This document shows, piece by piece, positions 49,767 to 60,497 of a DNA stretch of 64,000 nucleotides. A program made the translations under genes and the position numbers. The DNA comes from Alphaproteobacteria bacterium (lineage in GTDB: Bacteria > Pseudomonadota > Alphaproteobacteria > CALKHQ01). Where the stretch lies: positions 960,001 to 1,024,000 of the forward strand of contig CBDDFZ010000002.1 in assembly GCA_965227515.1 (NCBI GenBank). Direction: 5' to 3'. Within the stretch, counting starts at the first letter, position 1, and every line of letters starts with the position of its first letter. The notes beneath the pieces are model-generated. The model had not been told where the DNA came from and searched no databases. It worked only from the letters and a program-made list of their open reading frames with translations.

Positions 49767-50665
49767 TCACCTGGCTCCGGGTTGAAGATGTAGGTTGCCA
49801 ATGCCGACAGATCGGCATCGGTCCAGAATTGGGTGCCGTCCCGCACCGTTTCCGCCATGGACCCGCCGAACACATCGCCCCCTGGCATCACGCCGGAGCG
49901 AAGCGCGTAGGCAAGGCTCACCTCGGTCCAGCCTGCCTCTGTCAGATGGGACGCGGTAATTGGCGGAACGACCTCACCGTCCGGCCCCATGCCTCCTGAC
50001 CAGCGCTGCTCCAGGTTGCGGCCGCCCAGCAATGTACGCGGCGTGTGGCAGGCTCCACAGTGGCCGGGCCCCAGGGCCAGATAGCGGCCCCTGTTCCATT
50101 CATCCGACTGCGACGGATCGGCAGTGAATTCGCCGTCGTTGAAGTAGAGCCACTTCCAGAGCCCGACACCGGCACGCATGTTGTAGGGGAAGTCGAGCTC
50201 GTGCTCGGGAGCGACACCCGCTACCGGCGGCACCGAATTGACGGCGGCCCACAGGTCGACGACGTCCTGCTCCGTCAGCCGCGTATAGAAGGCAAACGGG
50301 AAGACGGGGAAGTAGTGATCGCCGTCGGGGCTTTCGCCCGCAGTCAGTGCCCGGCCGAAATCGCTGACGGTCCAGTCGCCGATACCATCGGTGGGGTGCG
50401 GCGTGATGTTCGGCGCATAGAACGTGCCGAACGCCGTATCCGTTGCGCCGCCGCCGGCCAACACCGCGCCGCCATTCCGATTGTCGGTATGGCAGGCAAT
50501 GCAGCCTGCCAGCCGGGCGACATATGCGCCCCGGTCGACGTCGCCGCTAAGGCCCGCATAGTCCCGAGAAGGTACGCTCGGGCCCCGAGACATCAGGTAA
50601 GCCGCGCCGGTGGCGATCGCCACGAGCACGAGCAACCCGACGCCGAAACGCTTGCGTCGGGTCAC
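49763..50665 (-). CDS. Diheme cytochrome c
   Basis: CIACH and CGACH; APNITP; N-terminal TM. Confidence 0.88.
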   Translation of the reverse strand: MTRRKRFGVGLLVLVAIATGAAYLMSRGPSVPSRDYAGLSGDVDRGAYVARLAGCIACHTDNRNGGAVLAGGGATDTAFGTFYAPNITPHPTDGIGDWTVSDFGRALTAGESPDGDHYFPVFPFAFYTRLTEQDVVDLWAAVNSVPPVAGVAPEHELDFPYNMRAGVGLWKWLYFNDGEFTADPSQSDEWNRGRYLALGPGHCGACHTPRTLLGGRNLEQRWSGGMGPDGEVVPPITASHLTEAGWTEVSLAYALRSGVMPGGDVFGGSMAETVRDGTQFWTDADLSALATYIFNPEPGE

Positions 50666-51232
50666 CTACTGCTCCAGCCGATAGTCCTCGTGGCAGGCGG
50701 CGCAGGTCTGCGCAAGGTGCTGGAACACGCCGTCCGGTGGCATCTGGAGCATCATTTCGAGCGGCGGCCCGTCAGCACCTGACATCATGCCCCCACCGGA
50801 CATCATGCCCCCGCCCGACATGCCGCCGCCCGACATTCCACCACCGCCGGGCGCGCGCGCATTCGACGCCGCGCCGGCCAGGGCCTCTGCCACGACGGTC
50901 AGACGGTCGGCCAATGCGGCAAACCTGCCCCAATCCTCCCAGATCAGCGGCAGAGCCTCGCTTGGCGGATCAATGCTGTCTGCCGGAAACGAATCGGTCA
51001 GACGTTCTCCGCCGTGCTCGGCGATTGCCAGGGCGGCCGCGCGGACCTGTTCGGCATCGTATGGGTCCTCGCCACGCATCATGCGCGCGATGACCTCCAT
51101 GGCGTCGGCCATGACGCCCATCATGTCCATGCGTTCCTTCACGACACCCGACGCACCGCCGTGCGCGAATGCGCCAACGCCCACGGCCGCAAGTACCACG
51201 GCCAGGCCGGCGCCAATCATTGTCTTGATCAT
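50666..51232 (-). CDS. Cytochrome c' / c556 (class II) with a Gly/Met-rich insertion
   Basis: Signal peptide; VKERMDMM, SEALPLIWEDWGRF, C-terminal CAACHEDYR; GGGGMSGGGMSGGGMMSGGGMMSG. Confidence 0.88.
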   Translation of the reverse strand: MIKTMIGAGLAVVLAAVGVGAFAHGGASGVVKERMDMMGVMADAMEVIARMMRGEDPYDAEQVRAAALAIAEHGGERLTDSFPADSIDPPSEALPLIWEDWGRFAALADRLTVVAEALAGAASNARAPGGGGMSGGGMSGGGMMSGGGMMSGADGPPLEMMLQMPPDGVFQHLAQTCAACHEDYRLEQ

Positions 51233-51282
51233 CTTGTCCCATGTCCTTTCAAGCGTTCGGTCGAAAGTCTCGATCGATTCGC

Positions 51283-51600
51283 TCAGGACATTGGCGGCGG
51301 TATCGGCGGCGGCTTGGTGAGGCCGGCTTGCCACGCGTTCTGCCGAACCGGCCAGTTGCTTGTGGTCGCGGCGAGCCACACGTCGGGCCCGGCTGCCAGG
51401 TTTGCGACCGATAGGGCCGGGCAAATCGCGCCGCTGCCGCCATTGTGACAGGACTCCGAGTCGGCGGTGTCGGCCACTGCCAACTCACTGCCGGGTTTCT
51501 CACCAGCGACAACGTCGTGAGCCTGGGCGGCGCCGGTGGCCGCGAGCAGGCACAGTACGATTGCGGCCAACCAGACCGCCGGGCGGAACGGGAGAGACAT
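51283..51600 (-). CDS. CutF/CruR-like exported leader protein with a Cys pair and C-terminal polyproline
   Basis: ATG overlaps the cueR stop (TGATG); signal peptide; CHNGGSGAIC; ends KPPPIPPPMS. Confidence 0.6.
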   Translation of the reverse strand: MSLPFRPAVWLAAIVLCLLAATGAAQAHDVVAGEKPGSELAVADTADSESCHNGGSGAICPALSVANLAAGPDVWLAATTSNWPVRQNAWQAGLTKPPPIPPPMS

Positions 51601-52004
51601 CAGGCCGCGTCGACTCCTTCCAGGCCCGCCAGGTCGTCCAGGATTGGACACTCGGGGCGGTCGTCGCCGTGGCAGCGCTCGACCAGATGGTCCAGCGTGT
51701 TCCGCATCGCCTCCAGCTCGGCGATTTTCTCGTCGATGCGGGCCAGGTTCTTCTTCGCGACGCGCTTGACCTCGGCGCTGGCCCGATGCCGGTCCTCATA
51801 GAGGCTCAGCAGCGCCCGGCAGTCCTCGATGGAAAAGCCCAGCGACCGCGCGCGCGACAGAAACCTCAGTTTGTGGACGTCGGTCTCCGCGAACGTGCGA
51901 TAGCCATTGTCGCCGCGGGCCGGGCGCACCAGACCGATATCCTCATAGTAGCGGATGGTCTTGGCCGGCAGTCCGCTGCGGCCGGCTGCATCGCTGATGT
52001 TCAT
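51600..52004 (-). CDS. cueR: Cu(I)-responsive MerR regulator
   Basis: MNISDAA..SGLPAKTIRYYEDIGL..P.R..NGYR; RARSLGFS; CHGDDRPECPIL; GAGGA RBS. Confidence 0.93.
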   Translation of the reverse strand: MNISDAAGRSGLPAKTIRYYEDIGLVRPARGDNGYRTFAETDVHKLRFLSRARSLGFSIEDCRALLSLYEDRHRASAEVKRVAKKNLARIDEKIAELEAMRNTLDHLVERCHGDDRPECPILDDLAGLEGVDAA

Positions 52005-52027
52005 CACGTTCTTCCTCAGTTGCTCCA

Positions 52028-52058
52028 AGCGTAGGCATTCCAGTGGCTGGAAGGTCAA
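52028..52058 (-). promoter_or_regulatory. MerR-type promoter with CueR box driving the cueR operon
   Basis: Minus strand TTGACC-N19-TACGCT; the spacer holds the dyad TTCCAG-CCA-CTGGAA. Confidence 0.85.
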
Positions 52059-52083
52059 CATCGAACATATGGCAATTGCCCCC

Positions 52084-52114
52084 TTGAGCTTCCAGTGACT
52101 GGAAGCCCCATATG
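52084..52114 (+). promoter_or_regulatory. MerR-type promoter with CueR box driving copA
   Basis: TTGAGC-N19-CATATG with dyad GCTTCCAG-TGA-CTGGAAGC. Confidence 0.8.
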
Positions 52115-52121
52115 ACGGTCC

Positions 52122-54477
<2,356 letters not shown>

Positions 54478-54506
<29 letters not shown>

Positions 54507-55089
54507 CCTTGCCGCGCCCGACCCGGTCGAGCCGGCCCTGTCGTTCCAGGTCCGCCAGGGCGCGATAGGTCGCCTCCGGCGTGGCGCCGATATCCTCCGC
54601 CACCGCCTTCATGGCGGTTCGCGGCGGCATCGTGCCATCGTCGTCGGCCAGATCGGCCAGCCGCAGAAACAGGCGATCCGAAAGCGGCGTCACGAAGAGG
54701 AGCTCGAGCCGGCGGCGGGCCTCGCGCAACGAGGCGGCCAGGTGATGCGACAGGGCGCTTGCCAGCTCGGGCTGGCGGGCGAGGGCGGCCAGCACGGCCC
54801 CCTTGTGGAACTGGATCGCTTCGCTGGCCGACACCGCCACCGCATCGCAATGGTAGCGGTCGCTGTATAGCGACGCTTCCGCGAACGTCTCGCCGGCGCG
54901 TGCCGCATGGATGCGCGCGGCGACGCCCGATGCCGTGTGCCGCATCAGGTCGACGCGCCCCGACCTCAACAGGAACATGCCCCTTGTCGGGTCGTCCTGG
55001 CGGAACAGCGCCTGTTGCGGGGCCAACGACACCGTGCTGACGCCCGATGGGCCAACCGCCAGCTCAAGCGCGGAAAAGATATCCGACAT
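54478..55089 (-). CDS. Crp/Fnr family transcriptional regulator
   Basis: [24 protein letters not shown] cNMP-fold; [18 protein letters not shown]; 3' end overlaps copA by 29 nt. Confidence 0.88.
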
Positions 55090-55101
55090 GATCCAGATCA
55101 T
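55088..55101. promoter_or_regulatory. FNR/CRP-like box between the regulator and its divergent gene
   Basis: ATGAT-CCAG-ATCAT (compare TTGAT-N4-ATCAA), overlapping the regulator start codon. Confidence 0.65.
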
Positions 55102-55155
55102 ATGGCGTGGGGATGCGGTCGGGTAGAAGCGAATGATGCTCACGGAGGAGGTGTC

Positions 55156-55725
55156 ATGAGAATTGCAGCCGCTGTCCTGCCCGCGGTCGTCGCCGTCCTG
55201 GCGTGGCCGGCCCACGCCCAGGAGCATCAGGCCCAGGAGCATCAACATGGCGACCATGCTCAGATGATGGGTGCCGGGCCGAGTGTGCCGACCGAAACGG
55301 GGCAGAGCGCCTTCGCCGCCATCGCCGAGATCGTGACGATCCTGGAAGCCGACCCGCAGACCGACTGGTCGTCGGTCGACATCGGTGCCCTGGCCGCGCA
55401 CCTGGCCGATATGGACATGCTGATGCAGGCGACGGTCCAGGAGGCCAAGCTGGCGGACGGTCTGGAAATGCGCATCGATGTCACCGGCGACGGCGGTGCG
55501 GCCGCTGGCCGGATGGTGCCTGCCCATGCGCCGGTGTTGGCCGGCGAGACCGGCTGGATGTCGCAGGCCGAGGTGTCGGACGGCGGGATCGTCTGGCGCG
55601 TTACCGCCGCCGATGCGGCCGACGTGCCCCGCATCCAGGCGCTGGGCTTCTTCGGGCTGATGGCGACTGGCGCGCACCACCAGGCGCATCATCTGGCCAT
55701 CGCCCGCGGCATGCCGCTTCACTGA
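55156..55725 (+). CDS. Exported His/Met-rich hypothetical protein
   Basis: GGAGGAGG RBS; signal peptide ending AHA; EHQAQEHQHGDH; GQSAFAAIAEIV..LEADP.TDWS; HL.DM; RMVPAH; GAHHQAHH. Confidence 0.8.
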   Translation: MRIAAAVLPAVVAVLAWPAHAQEHQAQEHQHGDHAQMMGAGPSVPTETGQSAFAAIAEIVTILEADPQTDWSSVDIGALAAHLADMDMLMQATVQEAKLADGLEMRIDVTGDGGAAAGRMVPAHAPVLAGETGWMSQAEVSDGGIVWRVTAADAADVPRIQALGFFGLMATGAHHQAHHLAIARGMPLH

Positions 55726-55746
55726 TCTGCAACGGCGGCAAGCCGC

Positions 55747-56211
55747 TCAAAGCCAGCGGCGCACGCGGTTTCGGTAGGCCGCATAGTCCGCGCCGAAGCG
55801 CGCCGCCAGGTGCCGCTCCTCCCGCCGCACCACGGCAAGGTCGAGGATGACGGTGGCCAGCGCCAGGAAGGGCAGGGCCCACACCAGATCGGCCATGATG
55901 GCGATACCGATGCAGGTCGCGATCATCGCCACGTAGCCCGGATTGCGCGAGAACCGGTTCGGCCCGTCGGTGACCAGGCTCTCGGCCCGGCGCCTGACGT
56001 CGAACGGGGTGGCGGCGCGGCGGAAAGCCAGCAGGGTCGGCGCCAGCACGACAAGGCTCGCCGCGATCAGCACGGCGCCCAGCGGGTATTGCACCGCGTC
56101 CGGCAGTAGCGCGACCGGCCATGCCGCGTCGAGGCCGAATCCGATCCCCAGCGCCGCCAGGAACAGCAGCGGCGGAATGATGTGGATGCCAGGGGTGTCG
56201 GCGGTGGTCAT
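55747..56211 (-). CDS. Isoprenylcysteine carboxylmethyltransferase / PEMT family membrane protein
   Basis: LVTDGPNRFSRNPGY, REERHL..FG..Y..Y...VRRW. Confidence 0.88.
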   Translation of the reverse strand: MTTADTPGIHIIPPLLFLAALGIGFGLDAAWPVALLPDAVQYPLGAVLIAASLVVLAPTLLAFRRAATPFDVRRRAESLVTDGPNRFSRNPGYVAMIATCIGIAIMADLVWALPFLALATVILDLAVVRREERHLAARFGADYAAYRNRVRRWL

Positions 56212-56304
56212 CGGGGGTGCGGCGGCGTGCCGTCGTGAGGCTCAAACGCAACCGGCCCGCACGATGGCGGGCCGGGCAGCAATTCTATCGTGGTGTCACC
56301 GCGG

Positions 56305-57156
56305 TCAGGCGGCGATCGAGTCGATCAACTCGGGCTTTTGGGCCAGCCGGCGTGCGTGCCACGCGGCAACCTTGGCCACCATCAGGTTCAACCGCGAGTG
56401 CGGCTTCAGCCCGATCGCCTTGAAGGTCATCGCCATCGCCCGTTCCAGGGTCGGCTTGTCGTAGAACCGGGCCACCCGGCGCGAATAGGCGCGGTAGCAG
56501 GCCTTGCGGTCATACGGCTCGTCGATGTCGTCATTGGCCGCGTAGAAGGCATACGACAACTCGTCGTCGTCGGTCTCCTTGATGCGGCCGAACGCCACCG
56601 CCATCCGGCGGACCAGGCTCAGATTCTCTTCCTGCTGATACTTCTGCAGGGTCTTGTAGAACAGCTTCCAGTGGCGCAGTTCGTCGGCCGCGATGTTGCG
56701 GCAGATCTCGCGCAGCACCGGTTCCTCGGTCTTGCCCCGCATGCAGGTGTAGTAGGACGAGGTGCCGGTCTCGACCATGCAGCGCGCGATCAGTTCGCCG
56801 GCGCGCGAGCCGCGCACAGACTCGGTCGCGTTCACATCGACCTTGAAGCCGGCATGGAACTTCTTCTGCGCCTCGTCGAGGTCGAAGGTCGGGTCCGCCA
56901 GCGTGGCCCAGCGCGCCAGCGCCTTGCCGTGCTGCACTTCCTCTTCCGACCAGCGCCGCGTCTCGGCCTGGAAGTCCGCGTCGTCGTGGAACACCCCGCA
57001 AAGATAGTCTGCGTAGTCCGCGCCATTGTACTCGACCAGCGCGGCCGCCTTGACGATGCGCAGGATGTCCGGATCAACCTTGCTGGCGTCGAACTGGTCC
57101 CACGGAATGTCGTCCAAGGTCCAGTGACGCTTTGCCGATTGCTCGTTCGTCCTCAT
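56305..57156 (-). CDS. Ferritin-like di-iron protein (acyl-ACP desaturase-like fold)
   Basis: LVE, EEVQH, VE, DELRH paired ExxH motifs; W..DDIPW N-terminus. Confidence 0.8.
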   Translation of the reverse strand: MRTNEQSAKRHWTLDDIPWDQFDASKVDPDILRIVKAAALVEYNGADYADYLCGVFHDDADFQAETRRWSEEEVQHGKALARWATLADPTFDLDEAQKKFHAGFKVDVNATESVRGSRAGELIARCMVETGTSSYYTCMRGKTEEPVLREICRNIAADELRHWKLFYKTLQKYQQEENLSLVRRMAVAFGRIKETDDDELSYAFYAANDDIDEPYDRKACYRAYSRRVARFYDKPTLERAMAMTFKAIGLKPHSRLNLMVAKVAAWHARRLAQKPELIDSIAA

Positions 57157-57373
57157 CGTAGCCCCCGTGCGGATGTGACTCGTTCGTGAATCTAGGGCAC
57201 AAACCGCTGTATTTCTGCCACACCGCCAAAATTATACGAAATCTTAACGGCTGGTGGCAACGGCCCGACATGCCCACGCCTGGAGCTCTAGGTCGGAGCG
57301 GATTGTGGCGTCACGGTGCAAATCTCGCGCCCATTTTCCGGCGAATCATGGCGTCTCTCCCCGCATTCTACAC

Positions 57374-57492
57374 AGTCTGCGCCGGCCCTCTCCCCCACCC
57401 GGCCACCCAGCAGGATACTCTCGTGGGCGGGTGGGTGCCCAAAGGCATCGCGGATGCGATGACGCACCCAGATTGCGTGAGGGCCGGTGCCG
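57374..57492. repeat. Copy 2 of the 9101-9188 palindromic element, inverted, with a nested hairpin in one arm
   Basis: CCGGCCCTCTCCCCCACCCGGCCACCCAGCAGGATACTCTCGTGGGCGG is the reverse complement of copy 1 with one mismatch; followed by TGGGTGC...GCACCCA (57432-57470) before GAGGGCCGGTGCC. Confidence 0.85.
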
Positions 57493-57509
57493 GTTTTGCG
57501 CTAAGCCCG

Positions 57510-59177
57510 TCAGGGCTTTTCCCCCGCAATAACCACGTACACATTCTCCGCCATGCGCTGCTCGTGGACAATGGGCCATGTCGTCGCCCATTCGGGCAGA
57601 TTGGCGTAGGTGCTGCGCCGCATCACCACCACCAGCGGACCGTGCTCGTCGGCCACCGCCTCCAGCTGGTCGGCGGTGTCGATCTCGAACACCGTCTCGC
57701 CGAAGTCGTAGCGGTAGACACCGTCATAGGTGCCGAGCGCAACGGGGAAATAGCCCTGCGCCCGATAGTCGCGCATGACCATGGCCTGGTCGTGGGGCGC
57801 CAGATAGGGGTCGACGCCGGGCGCCACCACCAGGCCGAGCTGGTTCATCAGCACCACGATGCCGCAACATTGGGCAGCCAATGGCAGCAGAACGCCCAGC
57901 CGGTGCGTCAGCGCGACGACGATGCCGGTACCGATCATGATGCCGCCGAGCCCGATCAGGCCCGGCACCTCGAACGGCAACCAGTCGCTGGCGCCGACGA
58001 CGATGGCGCCGATGCCGGCGAGGGCGCTGAGTGCCGCGACCGCCAGCCAGGCCAGCATGCGGGCGCGCGGCGTCATCGATGTCAGAACCAGCACGCCCAT
58101 TGCGGCCATCGCCGGCATCGTCGGCAGCAGGTAGATGTGGATCTTGCCGCTGAGCGCGCTCAGCAGGATGAAGGCGACCGCCCAGGTGGCGCCGAAATAG
58201 ACCGCCGGGTGCTGCAGGAGCGCGCGGCGGCGCATGACGCCCAGGCCGTGGCCGATGCCGCGCCAAGTCTGCGGCCAGGCCAGCAGCAGCGTCCAGGGCA
58301 GCCACAGCACCGGCAGCAGGGCGATGTAGTACCAGAACGGGTGGCGGTGGTGCCATGCGCTGACCGCGCGCTGGAAGATCTGCTCGTCCAGCACCTCCCA
58401 CGCGAAGCCGTCGCCGATGCCGCCGATGGCGGCGACGAACCAGGCGGCGGCCACGGCCAGGGAAAACAGGACGCCGAGGAGCATGTCCCAGGCCAGGAAG
58501 CGGATCAGGCGGCGGCTGAGGACCAGGTCGGTGGCACAGGCCAGCAGGGGCAGCACGTGGCCCAGCGGGCCCTTGATGAAGCTCGCCGCCGTCGCGGCCA
58601 CGAAGGCCATCACAATCCACCACGAGAACCGGCCGCGCCGGACCCCGGTGTGGAAGCACGCGGCGCTGACCAGGATGCAGGCCGCGAACATCAGGTCCAT
58701 GCGCACATATTGCGGCAGGAACGCCACATAGGGCGTGGCCGCCAGCATCAGCCCGGTGCCGAAGGCGACACCGGGCCGGTCGGGCAGCACGCGGCGGACC
58801 AGGAAGTGGCCGGCGCAGATGAACGCCCAGCCGGAGATCGCCGAGCCCAGGAAGTAGATCCAGGGCGCCGTCGTGCCGGCGATGCCGGCGATGGCGGCCA
58901 GGAACCAGAAATAGAGCGGCGGCTTGTCGGGATAGGGCGCGCCGTTCAGGGTCAGGGTCGCCCAGTTGTCGCTGTCCAGCAGTTCCACCAGGGCCGCGCC
59001 GTAGCGCACCTCGTCGGAGAACCACAGATAGCGCGCGTCCAGCGACAGCGCGGTCTGCGCCGCGACGATCAGGAAATAGGTGAGATACGGCCACGCCATC
59101 GCGGCGCGCAGCAGCGCCGGGCCTTCGCCGGCCGTGCGCGCGCCGGATGGAATGTAGCGGTCGTCGGCAGCGGTCAT
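57510..59177 (-). CDS. ArnT/GT39-GT83 family polytopic glycosyltransferase
   Basis: WFSDEVRY, YPDKPPLYFW, RMD, IKGP, HRHPFWYY, GKIHIYLLP; ATGA overlap with the upstream gene. Confidence 0.88.
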   Translation of the reverse strand: MTAADDRYIPSGARTAGEGPALLRAAMAWPYLTYFLIVAAQTALSLDARYLWFSDEVRYGAALVELLDSDNWATLTLNGAPYPDKPPLYFWFLAAIAGIAGTTAPWIYFLGSAISGWAFICAGHFLVRRVLPDRPGVAFGTGLMLAATPYVAFLPQYVRMDLMFAACILVSAACFHTGVRRGRFSWWIVMAFVAATAASFIKGPLGHVLPLLACATDLVLSRRLIRFLAWDMLLGVLFSLAVAAAWFVAAIGGIGDGFAWEVLDEQIFQRAVSAWHHRHPFWYYIALLPVLWLPWTLLLAWPQTWRGIGHGLGVMRRRALLQHPAVYFGATWAVAFILLSALSGKIHIYLLPTMPAMAAMGVLVLTSMTPRARMLAWLAVAALSALAGIGAIVVGASDWLPFEVPGLIGLGGIMIGTGIVVALTHRLGVLLPLAAQCCGIVVLMNQLGLVVAPGVDPYLAPHDQAMVMRDYRAQGYFPVALGTYDGVYRYDFGETVFEIDTADQLEAVADEHGPLVVVMRRSTYANLPEWATTWPIVHEQRMAENVYVVIAGEKP

Positions 59178-60349
59178 GCCGCGACGTCGGCCCAGCCGCC
59201 GGCTGCCGAAGCGCGCAGGCAGGCTTCGATGAAGGCGACGCCGGCGACCCCGTCCTCCACGGTTGGGTACCACAGCGCCAACGGGTCGGGCGCGGTGCCG
59301 GTGCGGCGGGCGACGATATCCTCCGCCACGTCGGCATAGAGGTTGGCGAACGCCTCGTGATAGCCCTCGGGATGGCCGATGGCGACGCGGGTGCCGCGTG
59401 CGGCGATGGGGTGAAGGCCCGGCCCGTCACGTGTGTAGCGCCGCGCCGGCTCGCCGATCGGCATGTGATGGAGGTCGTTCGGCCGTTCCTGGAACCACTC
59501 CAGCCCGCCCTTGGCGCCATAGACCCGCAGGTGCAGGCCATGCTCGGCGCCGGCGGCGGCATTGGTGACCCAGAACACGCCGCGCGCGTCGTTGGCGAGC
59601 TTCATCAGCACCGCGGCATGATCGTGCACCTGGCGCCCCGGCACCAGCGCGCCGACGTCGGCCAGCACGCGTGCCGGCGGCTGCCGGCCGACATAAGTGG
59701 CGAGATGGATCGCATGGGTGCCGATGTCGCCCAGCACCAGCGATTGCCCGGCAATCTCGGCATTGAAGCGCCAGGCGTCGCGCCCAGCCTCCGACCCTTC
59801 GACCAGTGTGGCGTTGTGGCCCTGGATGTACTCCACATTGACCGCGCGGATGTCGCCAAGCTCGCCGGCCTCCACCATGGCGCGCGCCTGCCGCACCATC
59901 GGATAGCCGGTGTAGTTGTAGGTCACGCACATCGCCCGCCCGCTGCCGGCGACCGCGGCGGCCACCGCGTGCGCGTCGGCGAGGCTATTGGTCAGCGGCT
60001 TGTCGCAGATCACGTCGAAGCCGTTGGTCAGGCTCGCGATGGAAAGCGGCGCGTGGCTGTCGTTCGGGGTCATGATGGCGACCACGTCGATGCCGTCGTC
60101 GCGCGCCAGTTCGGCCGCGAACATCTGGTCGGCGTTGGCATAGGCGCGATCCGCCGCCAGCCCGATCTCGCGTCCGAAGGCGACCGCCTTGTCCGGGTTA
60201 GACGACAGCACGCCGGCCACCACCTCGTAACGGTCGTCGAGTCGCGCCGCGATGCGGTGCACCTCGCCGATGAACGAGCCCGCGCCACCGCCGATGACGC
60301 CAAGCCGCAGGCGGCGTCCGAGCGCGCTCAGGACAGGGTTGTGGGCCAC
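59174..60349 (-). CDS. Gfo/Idh/MocA family oxidoreductase
   Basis: GVIGGGAGSFIGEVHR, TPNDSH, CDKP, NYTGYPMVRQA, GDIGTH, GHPEGY; GTG start with GGAGG RBS. Confidence 0.9.
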   Translation of the reverse strand: MAHNPVLSALGRRLRLGVIGGGAGSFIGEVHRIAARLDDRYEVVAGVLSSNPDKAVAFGREIGLAADRAYANADQMFAAELARDDGIDVVAIMTPNDSHAPLSIASLTNGFDVICDKPLTNSLADAHAVAAAVAGSGRAMCVTYNYTGYPMVRQARAMVEAGELGDIRAVNVEYIQGHNATLVEGSEAGRDAWRFNAEIAGQSLVLGDIGTHAIHLATYVGRQPPARVLADVGALVPGRQVHDHAAVLMKLANDARGVFWVTNAAAGAEHGLHLRVYGAKGGLEWFQERPNDLHHMPIGEPARRYTRDGPGLHPIAARGTRVAIGHPEGYHEAFANLYADVAEDIVARRTGTAPDPLALWYPTVEDGVAGVAFIEACLRASAAGGWADVAA

Positions 60350-60497
60350 GGCGGCCTCCGGTTTTTGGCTGACACGTTCATGGTCGATGCGGCGCAGGAA
60401 GAGGGGTTCGGCCAAGACGTGTCAAGAGCACGCTTCTTGCGTTTGGCGGAGTTTTCTCCAAAATCGCGGCGTGAACCGACAGCACACCCAAACCACG

